From Leptospirales bacterium (GTDB lineage: Bacteria > Spirochaetota > Leptospiria > Turneriellales > JAOUFE01): a DNA stretch of 17,666 nt. Shown here piece after piece: positions 8,201 through 16,109 of this stretch. The translations under genes and the position numbers were made by a program. The first letter of the stretch is position 1. Each line of letters opens with the position of its first letter. The notes under the pieces are model-generated. The model searched no databases. It was not told the origin of the DNA and worked only from the letters and a program-made list of their open reading frames with translations. The stretch lies in NCBI GenBank assembly GCA_040326155.1, contig JBEQLE010000082.1, positions 1 to 17,666 on the forward strand, given 5' to 3'.

Positions 8201-8542
8201 CAAAGAGAAGAAGAGCGTCATATTCGCGAGGGGTTAACCAGCGAAGAACTCGAACTTTTTGATTTATTAAAAAAAGAAAAACTCACCAAAGAAGAAGAAA
8301 AGAAAGTTAAGTTGGCCGCCAAAGATCTATTGCAACGTCTAGTCGAAGAAGACCCCAGGGTACTTGTAAAAGAGTGGTATAAAGACAGCCACAGCCAGAG
8401 TAAAGTGCGAAGCGCCATCGAAGAAGTTCTCGACAAAGATCTTCCTGTGAGTTATAATCGCATTGAGTTTAAAAAAACCTGTGATAAAGTCTACGAATTG
8501 GCTTTTGAATACGCAAGTCGGGGTTTGAAGTGGGCAATTTAA
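5270..8542 (+). CDS. hsdR: Type I RM restriction subunit R (endonuclease/SF2 translocase), 1090 aa
   Basis: RPDIIIYINGLPLVFIELK (PD-(D/E)xK nuclease), Walker A HTQGSGKS, DEAH, FTGTP, MWLTGFDAP, QTIARANR, and a helical C-terminal region resembling DUF3387. Confidence 0.97.
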   Translation: MPNLISEDDIEKAAIEILTKKLGYTSINCFTGDVENLNDRSGRQNKKEVVLTQVLKKKAIALNPEIPPKEIEEAIAKLTAPRFAMSPVLANKEIYHFIKNGIAVEYEDENSKVCHEHVKIIDFNNPEANQFTAITQLWIKGERYPRRPDIIIYINGLPLVFIELKNSNLKLRNAYEDNLTNYKSDIPQLFLYNAFCILSNAIETRVGSFNAGYQHFFNWLRVDDEKEKINRKQIESEGTTLERTIYGLLEKKKLLDYIENFILYHNDAEKIIAQNHQFIGVNKAVTSFSERDQKDGKLGVFWHTQGSGKSFSMIFLSRKVFRKFTGNYTFVIVTDRDDLDGQIYRNFLTTETIKKNEAAQPKNSEQMREYLGRNLRFVFTLIQKFRYDKGKEYPVLSERSDIIVIVDEAHRSQYKGLGENMRKGLPNAQYFAFTGTPLLASRLDRDGKTRGWFGEYVSEYNFSQSIDDGATVPLFYENRVPEVCNQNENLSDEFYEILEDENLNENQQAKLERNFSKEIEVIKRDDRLEKIAHDIVYHFPRRGYLGKGMVVSVDKYTALKMYEKVKRIWKEEIRTLVGKISQTKNEFEKERLKATRKYMESVEMAVVVSEDAGEKERLMKMGIDEDLIDEFRAILSKTDEHGHDVEYRFKQPEDPMQLVFVCAMWLTGFDAPTVSTLYIDKPMKDHTLMQTIARANRVSGYSVNGVVKNNGEIMDYYNVFRNMKKALKDYAIGSDDSDDLTDDEGDNDPVMKKSVLFTLLDSAIQEGIAFCKTQGIDLEKVLEQKEAFKKIHQLKDFANQLLKTDQTKKQFFVYENTVSSLYEACKPEILSEQFRPMVPVFQYLRGIIDSIVDQTDIDSVVERITALLDQSVVTLDNVNEVREPGAVYHIQKKGKVWDLSKIDFEKLKEEFKQVEFKNIEIASLRAFLEDKLEKMLRDNITRTDFAQKLQQIIDTYNAGGGANENFFEELLDFAENLQREEERHIREGLTSEELELFDLLKKEKLTKEEEKKVKLAAKDLLQRLVEEDPRVLVKEWYKDSHSQSKVRSAIEEVLDKDLPVSYNRIEFKKTCDKVYELAFEYASRGLKWAI

Positions 8543-8707
8543 TGGATTTTTCTCCTCTGAATATACTTCGAGAAAATATTTTTCACTTCATCGTATTTGG
8601 CATTATACTTCCCCAAATATTGTAAAATATTCTGTTTTCGGCATTTGGGTGGGTAGAAAACTTCAAACAACAAACACGTAAAACGATAAAACGTCGGGGG
8701 TAGCGGC

Positions 8708-8782
8708 GGCTCTTTTTGTCTGTATTTTCCTGTTGGTGTCGCATATATGCGACACCAACAAATGGTCATCGACAAAAAAGCC
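8708..8782. repeat. Perfect 30-bp palindrome nested in a longer imperfect inverted repeat
   Basis: TGTTGGTGTCGCATATATGCGACACCAACA (8731-8760) is its own reverse complement. Outer arms GGCT(C)TTTTTGTC (8708-8720) and GACAAAAAAGCC (8771-8782) each sit exactly 10 nt from the core. Confidence 0.92.
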
Positions 8783-8789
8783 AGAGCGA

Positions 8790-8807
8790 GGGGCCAGACT
8801 TGGCCCC
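8790..8807. terminator. GC-rich hairpin between convergent hsdR and flgF, candidate terminator
   Basis: GGGGCCA-gact-TGGCCCC, about 35 nt past the flgF stop. There is no clean U-tract on either strand. Confidence 0.4.
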
Positions 8808-8840
8808 CTTAATTCGTAATTAATTTATTTCGTAATTCTC

Positions 8841-9686
8841 TTATTTCGGAACCTGACTAATCAAAGTTCCCAACATGCTGTCATGTGTCGAAATTGCTTT
8901 CTGGTTCATTTCGAAGGAGCGTTGCACTTCGATCATGTTTACCATTTCGCGTACTAAATTGACGTTGGAGGCTTCGAGAAAGCCCTGGTAGATCTGGGGC
9001 ATTTTGTCGGAGTCGGGGCGATAGGGTTCGCCAGATTCGGGGGTGGTGCCGTAAAAGGAGTTTCCTTCTTTGTTCAGGTGGCGGGGGTTTTCCACATTGC
9101 GTATTTGAAGGGTATCGAGAAGGACGGGGTTTTCCCATTTGTTTTTGTCGAGACCGTGGATGTTGCTTGGGTCGTTGCCTATGACATCGTTTATCCAGAC
9201 TTCGCCTGTTTCGGTAATGCGGTAATTGTTACGAGCTACCTTAATGGGACCGTTTTCTCCAAGAACCGGGAAACCGTCGGGGGTGACAAGAAAACCGTCT
9301 TTGTTTAATATAAAAGCTCCGCTGCGGGTGAGTTTAGCGCCGCGATTGGTTTGCACAACCATAAAACCGTCACCGTTTAAGGCGATGTCTGATTGCTGGG
9401 TGGTTCGTTTTAGGGCCCCTTGCGTGAATCTGGTAAAAACTTCGTTTACCTCAACTCCAGTGCCGAGTTTTCCCACTACGGGGGACTGGTCGAAACTACC
9501 CATGGGAGTCCAACCCACACCGTCGTCATTGGTTCGGTGTATTAACATTTCCGGGAACGTTTTAAAAACAACCGTGTCTTTTTTATATGCCGTTTTGTCG
9601 ACGTTGGCAAGGTTGTTTGAAACTACGTTCATCTTGTGTTGCATGGCTTCCATTCCGGAAGCACCTGTATATAATCCGCGTATCAT
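8841..9686 (-). CDS. flgF: Flagellar basal-body rod protein FlgF (spirochaete FlhO type; FlgF/FlgG family), 281 aa
   Basis: [74 protein letters not shown]. Start placed at ATG 9686, because the longer ORF overlaps the divergent gene. FlgF versus FlgG is not fully certain. Confidence 0.85.
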   Translation of the reverse strand: MIRGLYTGASGMEAMQHKMNVVSNNLANVDKTAYKKDTVVFKTFPEMLIHRTNDDGVGWTPMGSFDQSPVVGKLGTGVEVNEVFTRFTQGALKRTTQQSDIALNGDGFMVVQTNRGAKLTRSGAFILNKDGFLVTPDGFPVLGENGPIKVARNNYRITETGEVWINDVIGNDPSNIHGLDKNKWENPVLLDTLQIRNVENPRHLNKEGNSFYGTTPESGEPYRPDSDKMPQIYQGFLEASNVNLVREMVNMIEVQRSFEMNQKAISTHDSMLGTLISQVPK

Positions 9687-9735
9687 GGTCGATAATAATA
9701 ATATCGTACCGTTTTGATAATATTTAAGGAAAAAA

Positions 9736-10872
9736 ATGAAAAAACGTAAAATAGAATACATTGTATCGCTTGGCGCCGGTCCTAACCAGATTCCCTTGAT
9801 TAAAGCTGCCATAGGGCAAGGGTATCGAGTAATCGGGGTTGATCGAAATATTCGTGCGCCCGGACTCGATTTATGCGATATTAAAATTGAAGAATCGCTT
9901 GCAAATTATCGAAAAATTGTCTATAAATTAGAAATGAGCATACTCGATGGTCCAATTGTCGGTGGACTAAGTGGTAGTTTTGGTGAGGCTATTTTGTCGT
10001 GGGCGTATTTAGCCGAAAAGCTGAAATTAATTGGTCCGGGACGTCCCATTACCGAAGCGATGTTTGATAAATACGAAGTAAGAAAGAGATTTGAAGCGAT
10101 AGAGCATCCTCTTTTTGCACAACCATTGTATTTTTCCCCCGACAATAAATTGAAAAAAAGCCAGATTACACAGATTGGGTTTCCTCTAATTGTAAAACCA
10201 AGGGTGGGTCATGCAAAGTCGAATGTTTTTGAGCTTCATAAATATGAAAGTGCAAAAAGATTTTTTACAATGAAAAACTTAAAAACTTTGAATGTAGTAC
10301 CGCACGATCTTATTATAGAAGAAAAAATTGAGGGTGATGAACTTACGGTAACCGGTCTGGTGCAAGATTTTAAATATACTTTAATTGCCCTTACTGATAA
10401 AGTTACATCACAGGTTGCCCCGTTCATTGAATTGGAACATGTGTACCCTTCGAAACATCGGGAGTTTGCCGGTCAAATTAGAGAAATTCACCAGCAGATT
10501 GTTGAAATTATTCAGCTCGCCGATTGCCCTGTTGTAAGTGAATGGAAGGTGCGAGACGGTAAATTGTATTTAATTGAGTTTTCGATGCAGGCCCCAGGAG
10601 AATTTCTCGGTCCTTTTTTAATACCCAAGGCTATACATTATGATTATTATACCAATTTAGTCTGGCTGGCTACCGGAAAAAAAGTTGCAAGCCCACCGCC
10701 AATTTCAAAAACAAAAAAGGCCAGAGTAAGGTTTTTAGTGGATAAATTGACTGAAAAAGATATAAAAGTGTTCAGCAAAAAGGCTCCCTTTTTTAAAGTT
10801 CTGAATGAACAACCCAGGGTTCCCCCCGTGAGTAATGCCGACCGTTATGCTGTTATTGGAGAGATGTTATAA
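9736..10872 (+). CDS. ATP-grasp domain protein (carboxylate-amine ligase-like), substrate unknown
   Basis: N-terminal [21 protein letters not shown], then [30 protein letters not shown]-like AAGGA upstream. Confidence 0.85.
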   Translation: MKKRKIEYIVSLGAGPNQIPLIKAAIGQGYRVIGVDRNIRAPGLDLCDIKIEESLANYRKIVYKLEMSILDGPIVGGLSGSFGEAILSWAYLAEKLKLIGPGRPITEAMFDKYEVRKRFEAIEHPLFAQPLYFSPDNKLKKSQITQIGFPLIVKPRVGHAKSNVFELHKYESAKRFFTMKNLKTLNVVPHDLIIEEKIEGDELTVTGLVQDFKYTLIALTDKVTSQVAPFIELEHVYPSKHREFAGQIREIHQQIVEIIQLADCPVVSEWKVRDGKLYLIEFSMQAPGEFLGPFLIPKAIHYDYYTNLVWLATGKKVASPPPISKTKKARVRFLVDKLTEKDIKVFSKKAPFFKVLNEQPRVPPVSNADRYAVIGEML

Positions 10873-10904
10873 TTTTTGTTTGTTATTTTCTGTTATTAAC
10901 TAAT

Positions 10905-11000
10905 GGGCACCTCTAAAAACCTACTTTTTTGCAAAAAAGTGGGTTTTATCGGCCTTTGTGCCCCTAGGGTGCCGTAAAAACGAAGTTTTTAGAGGTAGCC
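10905..11000. mobile_element. 96-bp non-autonomous miniature inverted-repeat element (MITE) with 4-bp target-site duplication
   Basis: Left end GGGCACCTCTAAAAAC (10905-10920) and right end GTTTTTAGAGGTAGCC (10985-11000) form a 14/16 inverted match. TAAT directly flanks both sides (10901-10904 and 11001-11004). No ORF inside. Confidence 0.8.
10916..10947. terminator. Palindromic hairpin inside the MITE, candidate bidirectional terminator
   Basis: AAAACC-T-ACTTTTTTGCAAAAAAGT-G-GGTTTT, with a perfect 18-bp core palindrome at 10923-10940, lying between two convergent genes. Confidence 0.45.
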
Positions 11001-11728
11001 TAATAATCATCGTCATCTGAGTCATCATCGAAAATGTCATCGTTAAAAGGGAAGGCCTGGTCCATGTAAATTCCCGCTAGAATTTCGAACCTTTCGTCGA
11101 CAGCTCGATGTTCATCTTCATGTTTCATTCTGTGTAGTTTCAGGAGGTATTCGACAGTTTGATCTTCTATAGTATGTTCAATGTTGTGTTTATTGCAATA
11201 ACGAATACACCAATTGATATTATGCGTCGTGTAATCGCCGAGAATTTCAAGCGCAGCCAGTTTTGGTTCGCCTTTACGCATGACTTCATTTAAATACAGA
11301 GCTCTTCGAATGGCTACAGGGGTTTCTCCAGAGAGACCAGATTTGTATTCCATCGACAATTTCTCGTGCAGGTCAAAACGCATATTGTAAGAGTTAAAAA
11401 TTCGTTCGAAATACTGCGGGAAATTATTCATAACTTCCATAACATCGATGGGCTCATCTTTTGCTATAAAAAAACCCATCACTTGTTTCTGGGTATCGTT
11501 TAACGCAACCGGGTCATACAATTCTATATATAAGAACTTGGTTTCAGAGGCAAACCTGCTCTCTTTGGGTATATAATATTCTATAGTTACAGGTTCTATG
11601 TAATAGTCATTTTCTCGACCCTCTTCTATATACGGGGTAACCGGAAGTCTCTTTAACTTATTTATATCAGTAAACGAAATCTTAGAAGAATCTATTCTTA
11701 GATTTCGCGCACGAGTGGAGGTACCCAT
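11000..11728 (-). CDS. Hypothetical protein, 242 aa, with acidic C-terminal tail
   Basis: Long ORF with normal protein composition and no competing ORF. Ends DDIFDDDSDDDDY. No family recognised. Confidence 0.8.
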   Translation of the reverse strand: MGTSTRARNLRIDSSKISFTDINKLKRLPVTPYIEEGRENDYYIEPVTIEYYIPKESRFASETKFLYIELYDPVALNDTQKQVMGFFIAKDEPIDVMEVMNNFPQYFERIFNSYNMRFDLHEKLSMEYKSGLSGETPVAIRRALYLNEVMRKGEPKLAALEILGDYTTHNINWCIRYCNKHNIEHTIEDQTVEYLLKLHRMKHEDEHRAVDERFEILAGIYMDQAFPFNDDIFDDDSDDDDY

Positions 11729-11811
11729 ATACTATATATCGTATTTTAGTGAGGTCGAAGTTGAATGCATATTGAAGAAAATTTAATAACGAATACAAGA
11801 AAAGAGGTTTC

Positions 11812-12105
11812 TTATACTGTGATTAATTGTTTTATCTTTGTAAGTTCTTTTTTTATTATTTTGCTTTCTTCTTCAAGGTCATAATCTGTTTGTAAACCTA
11901 ACCAAAACTCGGCTGATGTACCAAAATATTTTGATAGCCTTAATGCGGTATCTGCGGTGATTCTACGTTTAAATCGTAAAATTTCAGATACTCTGCTAAA
12001 AGGCATACTAGTGTCTTTTGCTAATTTATAACCGGTAATATTTAAAGGCTTTAAAAACTCTTCTTTAAGAATTTCGCCAGGGTGGATGTTTTTTAATTTT
12101 TTCAT
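11812..12105 (-). CDS. higA: HigA-family antitoxin (XRE HTH)
   Basis: IHPGEILKEEFLKPL, SEILRFKRRITADTALRLSKYFGTSAEFWLGLQTDYDL is the classic HigA signature. Lies downstream of the toxin gene. Confidence 0.95.
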   Translation of the reverse strand: MKKLKNIHPGEILKEEFLKPLNITGYKLAKDTSMPFSRVSEILRFKRRITADTALRLSKYFGTSAEFWLGLQTDYDLEEESKIIKKELTKIKQLITV

Positions 12106-12114
12106 TATGACTTC

Positions 12115-12396
12115 CTAGTGATAATCTACCATTTCTACGTTATAAGCATCGTTATCATTCCATGTAAAGCAAATACGCCATTGATTATTAACGCGAATAC
12201 TATATTGACCTTTTCGGTTATGAGATAGCGCCTCGAGCCTGTTTCCGGGGGGTACTCTGAGGTCATTAATATTTTGAGCACGATTGATCATACGTAATTT
12301 TCTTCTTGCCACATTTTGTATGTTAATTGGCAGTTTTTTTGATATTGTACCATTCCATATTTTCTGTATTTCTTGATCGGAAAAGTTTTTAATCAC
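12115..12396 (-). CDS. higB: HigB-family toxin (RelE/ParE superfamily), 93 aa
   Basis: IKNFSD, ARRKL, DLRVPPGNRLEAL, GQYSIRVNNQWRICFTW, VEMVDYH. Start placed at GTG 12396, because the ORF-track TTG at 12432 is the -35 box. Confidence 0.93.
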   Translation of the reverse strand: MIKNFSDQEIQKIWNGTISKKLPINIQNVARRKLRMINRAQNINDLRVPPGNRLEALSHNRKGQYSIRVNNQWRICFTWNDNDAYNVEMVDYH

Positions 12397-12403
12397 TACT
12401 AGT

Positions 12404-12432
12404 ATATTAACGTTTTGCGTTAATAGTGTCAA
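12404..12432 (-). promoter_or_regulatory. Sigma70 promoter of higBA with overlapping HigA-type operator palindrome
   Basis: Minus strand: TTGACA (12432-12427), 17-nt spacer, TAATAT (12409-12404). The palindrome TATTAACG-caaaa-CGTTAATA (12425-12405) overlaps the spacer and the -10 box. Confidence 0.8.
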
Positions 12433-12485
12433 TAAATTTTTGTTATCGTCAGGTTGAAGTCGAATGGATGATAAAGAAAGGAGGT

Positions 12486-13457
12486 TTATTTTTGTTCTTC
12501 AAAAATAGCTAGATTCTCAGTATAGTCTTGTTCAATCTGGGGCAGGTTATTTTTGGTGAAGGGTTTTTGTGGTGTAGCCAATAGTTCTTGCACATAATTT
12601 GGCATAGCCAGTAGTGAAGAATGGGTTTTTTCATTATAAAACTGAAGGTCTGTTAAGCCAAGATTGTTTATACGTTCTTTTACATCAGATTCTGAGAGTA
12701 AAGAAGGGTCAACTTCCTGTGAAGCGCTGGCATAACCCCAGAGTGAACCGTACATGGGAACATAGTTCAGCATGGGTCGAACATGGCGAAAAACCGATTT
12801 CAATGTATGGTACAAAGTAGCAAAAATTTCGGGACGGGTAATCGGCGACTCAATATGCAACGACATTACCCCGGCAGGGTTTAATATTGCATTGACCGAC
12901 TCGTAAAACTCTTTTGTATAAAGAGCTACGGAGGGACCGACAGGATCGGTAAGATCTAAAATGACCTGGTCGAATTTTTCGTTTGTCTGAGCTACATTCT
13001 GGATGTATTGAATACCATCTTCAAATCGGAGTTCAAGTCGGTCTGAATTGAATATACCGTTTGATATCGTTGGAAGATACTTTTTAGAAGCCTCAACTAC
13101 GCCCCGGTCAAGTTCAACCATCACTACTTTTTTCATGCCGGGATATTTTAGCAGCTCTTCCGCCGAACCCCCGTCACCACCGCCTATCACAAGTCCTTTT
13201 TCGCCTCCGTTCATGGCGATACCGGGTACATGGGCAAGTGGCTCATGGTATAAAAACTCGTCTTTTTCAGAGGTCTGAAAAACCCCATCGAGACGCAGGA
13301 CTTTTCCAAAATTTGGAATATCATGAATTTCAAGATCTTGAAATTCGGTTTTAGTTTTGTATAAAATAGAGCCGGAGCGAAAGTAATAACCCATGTTTTG
13401 GGTTAACGATTCAATAAGTAAATTATCTTGTTTTACAAAATTCGAAGAGGGCATCAT
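12486..13457 (-). CDS. speE: Polyamine aminopropyltransferase (spermidine synthase)
   Basis: FGKVLRLDGVFQTSEKDEFLYHEPLAH, LVIGGGDGG, VMVELD, FDQVILDLTDPVGP, VPMYGSLW. Confidence 0.92.
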   Translation of the reverse strand: MMPSSNFVKQDNLLIESLTQNMGYYFRSGSILYKTKTEFQDLEIHDIPNFGKVLRLDGVFQTSEKDEFLYHEPLAHVPGIAMNGGEKGLVIGGGDGGSAEELLKYPGMKKVVMVELDRGVVEASKKYLPTISNGIFNSDRLELRFEDGIQYIQNVAQTNEKFDQVILDLTDPVGPSVALYTKEFYESVNAILNPAGVMSLHIESPITRPEIFATLYHTLKSVFRHVRPMLNYVPMYGSLWGYASASQEVDPSLLSESDVKERINNLGLTDLQFYNEKTHSSLLAMPNYVQELLATPQKPFTKNNLPQIEQDYTENLAIFEEQK

Positions 13458-13624
13458 CCAAAATCATAATATTTTTCAACCTGAACAGTTTTTTTTGAAT
13501 AAAGGAGTTTTCGGTAAATAAAAGCTTTATATTTAGTATATTAGCAGTGTTTCTGGGGTTGTAGACCAGAAAATGCCGATTATGAGTATAGAGTGTAATC
13601 CATTTTTATATTAAAGAAGAATTT

Positions 13625-14623
13625 ATGAAGTATGATCGAAAAATATTCGATTTTATCGCCAGACTCAATAATCTACGCGATGAACTAGAGCTAATTAGAG
13701 AATTTTCAAAGACCTATAAAAAATATTTTTCGATTGATCATGTAACTTTTTTAAAAGTTGAGATAAAACGGAATAAAGATCGCTCTGTAAAAGAATCTTT
13801 AATCTCCATGCGAGATGCTCTTGAACCGAATTCTCCCGCAATATTTGCATCTTCAACGAGAGAAATACACGCCTGTTTTGTTCGACAAAAACCGGTTAAG
13901 AAAATAAGCCCCGATAAAACAACAGTTTACATGTTTCCCCTTGTCGACCATGATGAGATCTTTTATATAGTAGTTTTGAAATTCGAGCAACGCGATGTTC
14001 GTGATTATTCCTTGTTTCGTAAAGCGATGAAGATTTTTTTGAATCACTTTGTCGTTGTACGGGCTCAAGATCGCGATTTTTTAACGGGTTTATACAACCG
14101 GAGAGCTTTTGATCGTATGATGGGTACGTTTCGGTTGGAAAATCGTCGGGTGGACTGGTCAGATCGGGGCGATTACCTTTCCCTTATCGATTTAGACCAT
14201 TTTAAAAGGGTAAACGATACATATGGACATATGATAGGCGACGAGGTTTTGTTACTTTTTACTCGATTGCTGAGGGCGAGTACAAGGTCGGATGATTATA
14301 TTTTCAGGCTCGGTGGTGAAGAGTTTTTAATTTATACTCGAGATTTAAGTTCCAGCGAAGCCAACATGCTATTTAACAGAATTCGGGAAAAAATTGAAAA
14401 GGAAAAATTTCCACGGAATATGAAAATTACAGCAAGCATAGGATACACAAAAATTAGTTATGATAGAGATTCTAATACAATGGTTGACCTTGCCGACAAA
14501 GCAATGTACGCTGCCAAAACTGCTGGAAGAAACCGTGTTTTCTCGTATGAATCACTTATTGAAGGGGATAAAATACCACCTGTGGGTCATGACTCCGATG
14601 CTTCGATTTCCATCTGGGAATAA
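13625..14623 (+). CDS. Diguanylate cyclase (GGDEF) with an N-terminal cytoplasmic, possibly GAF-like region
   Basis: DFLTGLYNRRAF, IDLDHFKRVNDTYGH, I-site RSDD, active site GGEEF, ADKAMYAAKTAGRN. Confidence 0.93.
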   Translation: MKYDRKIFDFIARLNNLRDELELIREFSKTYKKYFSIDHVTFLKVEIKRNKDRSVKESLISMRDALEPNSPAIFASSTREIHACFVRQKPVKKISPDKTTVYMFPLVDHDEIFYIVVLKFEQRDVRDYSLFRKAMKIFLNHFVVVRAQDRDFLTGLYNRRAFDRMMGTFRLENRRVDWSDRGDYLSLIDLDHFKRVNDTYGHMIGDEVLLLFTRLLRASTRSDDYIFRLGGEEFLIYTRDLSSSEANMLFNRIREKIEKEKFPRNMKITASIGYTKISYDRDSNTMVDLADKAMYAAKTAGRNRVFSYESLIEGDKIPPVGHDSDASISIWE

Positions 14624-14694
14624 AGGTCGAATTCTACTTGCAGTTCGAGAAAAAATCGATATTATGGACAAAATAAAATTTACAGGGGCTTATT

Positions 14695-15087
14695 GTGGAA
14701 CGTAGAAACTTACTAATCGGTGTTATCTGGGTCTTTATATTTTTAATTATGGGTTTTTTTATGGAGATGCAAATGATTAGTGGCAGGGAAGTTTGGAAAC
14801 AAAATCCACATTTTGGTTTATTAAAGGCCGCACATGTGTACGGCACTGCTTTTGGTATTTTAAATATAATATATGCTCTAATTATTAGAAGCTACTCGTT
14901 ACAAAGTGAGAAAATGGTCCAGGTGGGTAGTCTGCTGGCATTTATTGCAGCGCTCATCTATCCGGTTCTGCTTTTTTTAGGAGCGTTTGAAACATCTCTT
15001 ATGATTGGGGCTCCGGTGGGGGCTGTAACGATGATTATCTCTTATGGAATACTTGCAGTGAGTCTTGTTAAAAACAGTTCGAATTAA
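14695..15087 (+). CDS. Small four-helix membrane protein, unknown function
   Basis: Four hydrophobic segments in 130 aa and a motif LLKAAHVYG..GILN. The GTG start is uncertain. Confidence 0.75.
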   Translation: MERRNLLIGVIWVFIFLIMGFFMEMQMISGREVWKQNPHFGLLKAAHVYGTAFGILNIIYALIIRSYSLQSEKMVQVGSLLAFIAALIYPVLLFLGAFETSLMIGAPVGAVTMIISYGILAVSLVKNSSN

Positions 15088-15110
15088 GCTCTTTTAGTTT
15101 GTTTGCATCG

Positions 15111-16040
15111 ATGATATTTATAACAACCAACAACGGAGTTTTCAAGTATAATAAGAAAATGGAGAAGGCAGAGGAGCTTCTGAACCCTTCTTCCTCACTT
15201 GGTTTTTTTGGTCTGGGTATAAACCCCCGAAACGGGAAAATTCTGGCAGCGTCCAGGGAAAAAATCAAAATTGCGTTAAATTCAAAACATGGTTCAGATG
15301 TTCGTCTATACGAAATTGACCCCGAGTCGGGCAACTTCGAGCTGGTTGCTGAGTTGTATAAACTTTTCGATGTTCACCAGATTGCAATGCACAAAGAGTT
15401 TGTGTTTTTAACGGACACAACCAAGAACAAGATTCATGTTTACGATTTAGAAAAACAACAAATACACGGTATTTTGAATTTCGGTTCTTTACGAAAAGAT
15501 GTTCACCATGTAAATGCAGTGAGCATTATAGAACAAAAACTCTGGGTGGGTTTAAACAATAGAGGGGAGACCCATAGCGAGCTTTTCACAATTCCGGTTG
15601 AAACAGCCATCGAAATGGCCGTGCAAAAGCAAGATCTTCTAAAAGTGGGTTATATACAGAAGCTTTCAGGTATTCGCCACTCCCACGATGTAGAACCTTG
15701 TCACGGTAAAATTCTCGTTTGCGCCTCACATGACGGCTATGTCGCTCAGTTGAACGATCTGAAAACAAACATAGATGATTCGCCAGGTAATGGAGAGTTG
15801 AGCAGCGGTAATGTTGATGATATTACAAAAATTATCCAGATAGAAAATAGTTTTGTTCGTGGAATTGTTTGTAATAAAGAGGGGCTTTGGGTCGGGGTGA
15901 GCGCCAGGGCAAAACGTTCCGAACGGCACAGGAATGATTTAAACGGGGAAATTCGTTTATACAGTTGGAATAATAAAACGCTTATAAAAACAGTTCCTAT
16001 TCAAGGAGCAGGTCAAATTAACGATTTAATATCGATATAG
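15111..16040 (+). CDS. Putative beta-propeller protein with His-containing blade motifs (DUF4915-like)
   Basis: Repeated blade-like segments (FGLGINP, FDVHQIA..VFLTDT..KIHVYD, DVHHVNAV..LWVG, IRHSHDVE, FVRGI..LWVGVS). ATG 15111 preferred over TTG 15099. Confidence 0.7.
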   Translation: MIFITTNNGVFKYNKKMEKAEELLNPSSSLGFFGLGINPRNGKILAASREKIKIALNSKHGSDVRLYEIDPESGNFELVAELYKLFDVHQIAMHKEFVFLTDTTKNKIHVYDLEKQQIHGILNFGSLRKDVHHVNAVSIIEQKLWVGLNNRGETHSELFTIPVETAIEMAVQKQDLLKVGYIQKLSGIRHSHDVEPCHGKILVCASHDGYVAQLNDLKTNIDDSPGNGELSSGNVDDITKIIQIENSFVRGIVCNKEGLWVGVSARAKRSERHRNDLNGEIRLYSWNNKTLIKTVPIQGAGQINDLISI

Positions 16041-16043
16041 TTT

Positions 16044-16071
16044 TTGCATTTTTTATACGATTTTCGATAAT
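16044..16071 (+). promoter_or_regulatory. Possible sigma70 promoter for the HAMP-GGDEF gene
   Basis: TTGCAT (16044-16049), 16-nt spacer, GATAAT (16066-16071), 38 nt before ATG 16110. AT-rich context makes a chance match possible. Confidence 0.35.
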
Positions 16072-16109
16072 TATTGTTGGCATTGTGTCTTTCCCTTAGA
16101 TAAAGAGCG

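Larger units (their letters stand above)
8542..8812 (+). pseudogene. Possible small hydrophobic peptide or decayed membrane-protein gene coupled to hsdR
   Basis: ATG overlaps the hsdR stop (TAATG) and opens MDFSPLNILRENIFHFIVFGIILPQIL* (8542-8625). Hydrophobic segments follow in other frames (IVKYSVFGIWVGRK, GVAAALFVCI, FPVGVAYMRHQQMVIDKKARARGQTWPP*). Joining them needs two frameshifts and read-through of one stop. Confidence 0.25.

Noticed and set aside
8708..8782. Palindrome as an integron attC site
   Set aside because: No RYYYAAC...GTTRRRY boxes bound the structure in the required order, and no integrase is in the window.
9687..9812. N-terminal extension of flgF in the ORF track
   Set aside because: It overlaps the divergent ATP-grasp gene, and the family N-terminus starts at MIRGLY.
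13575..13582. GCCGATTA as a sigma28 -10 box upstream of the first GGDEF gene
   Set aside because: There is no TAAA-like -35 at the expected spacing.
16078..16093. TGGCA as a sigma54 -24 element
   Set aside because: The GC dinucleotide required at -12 is absent.
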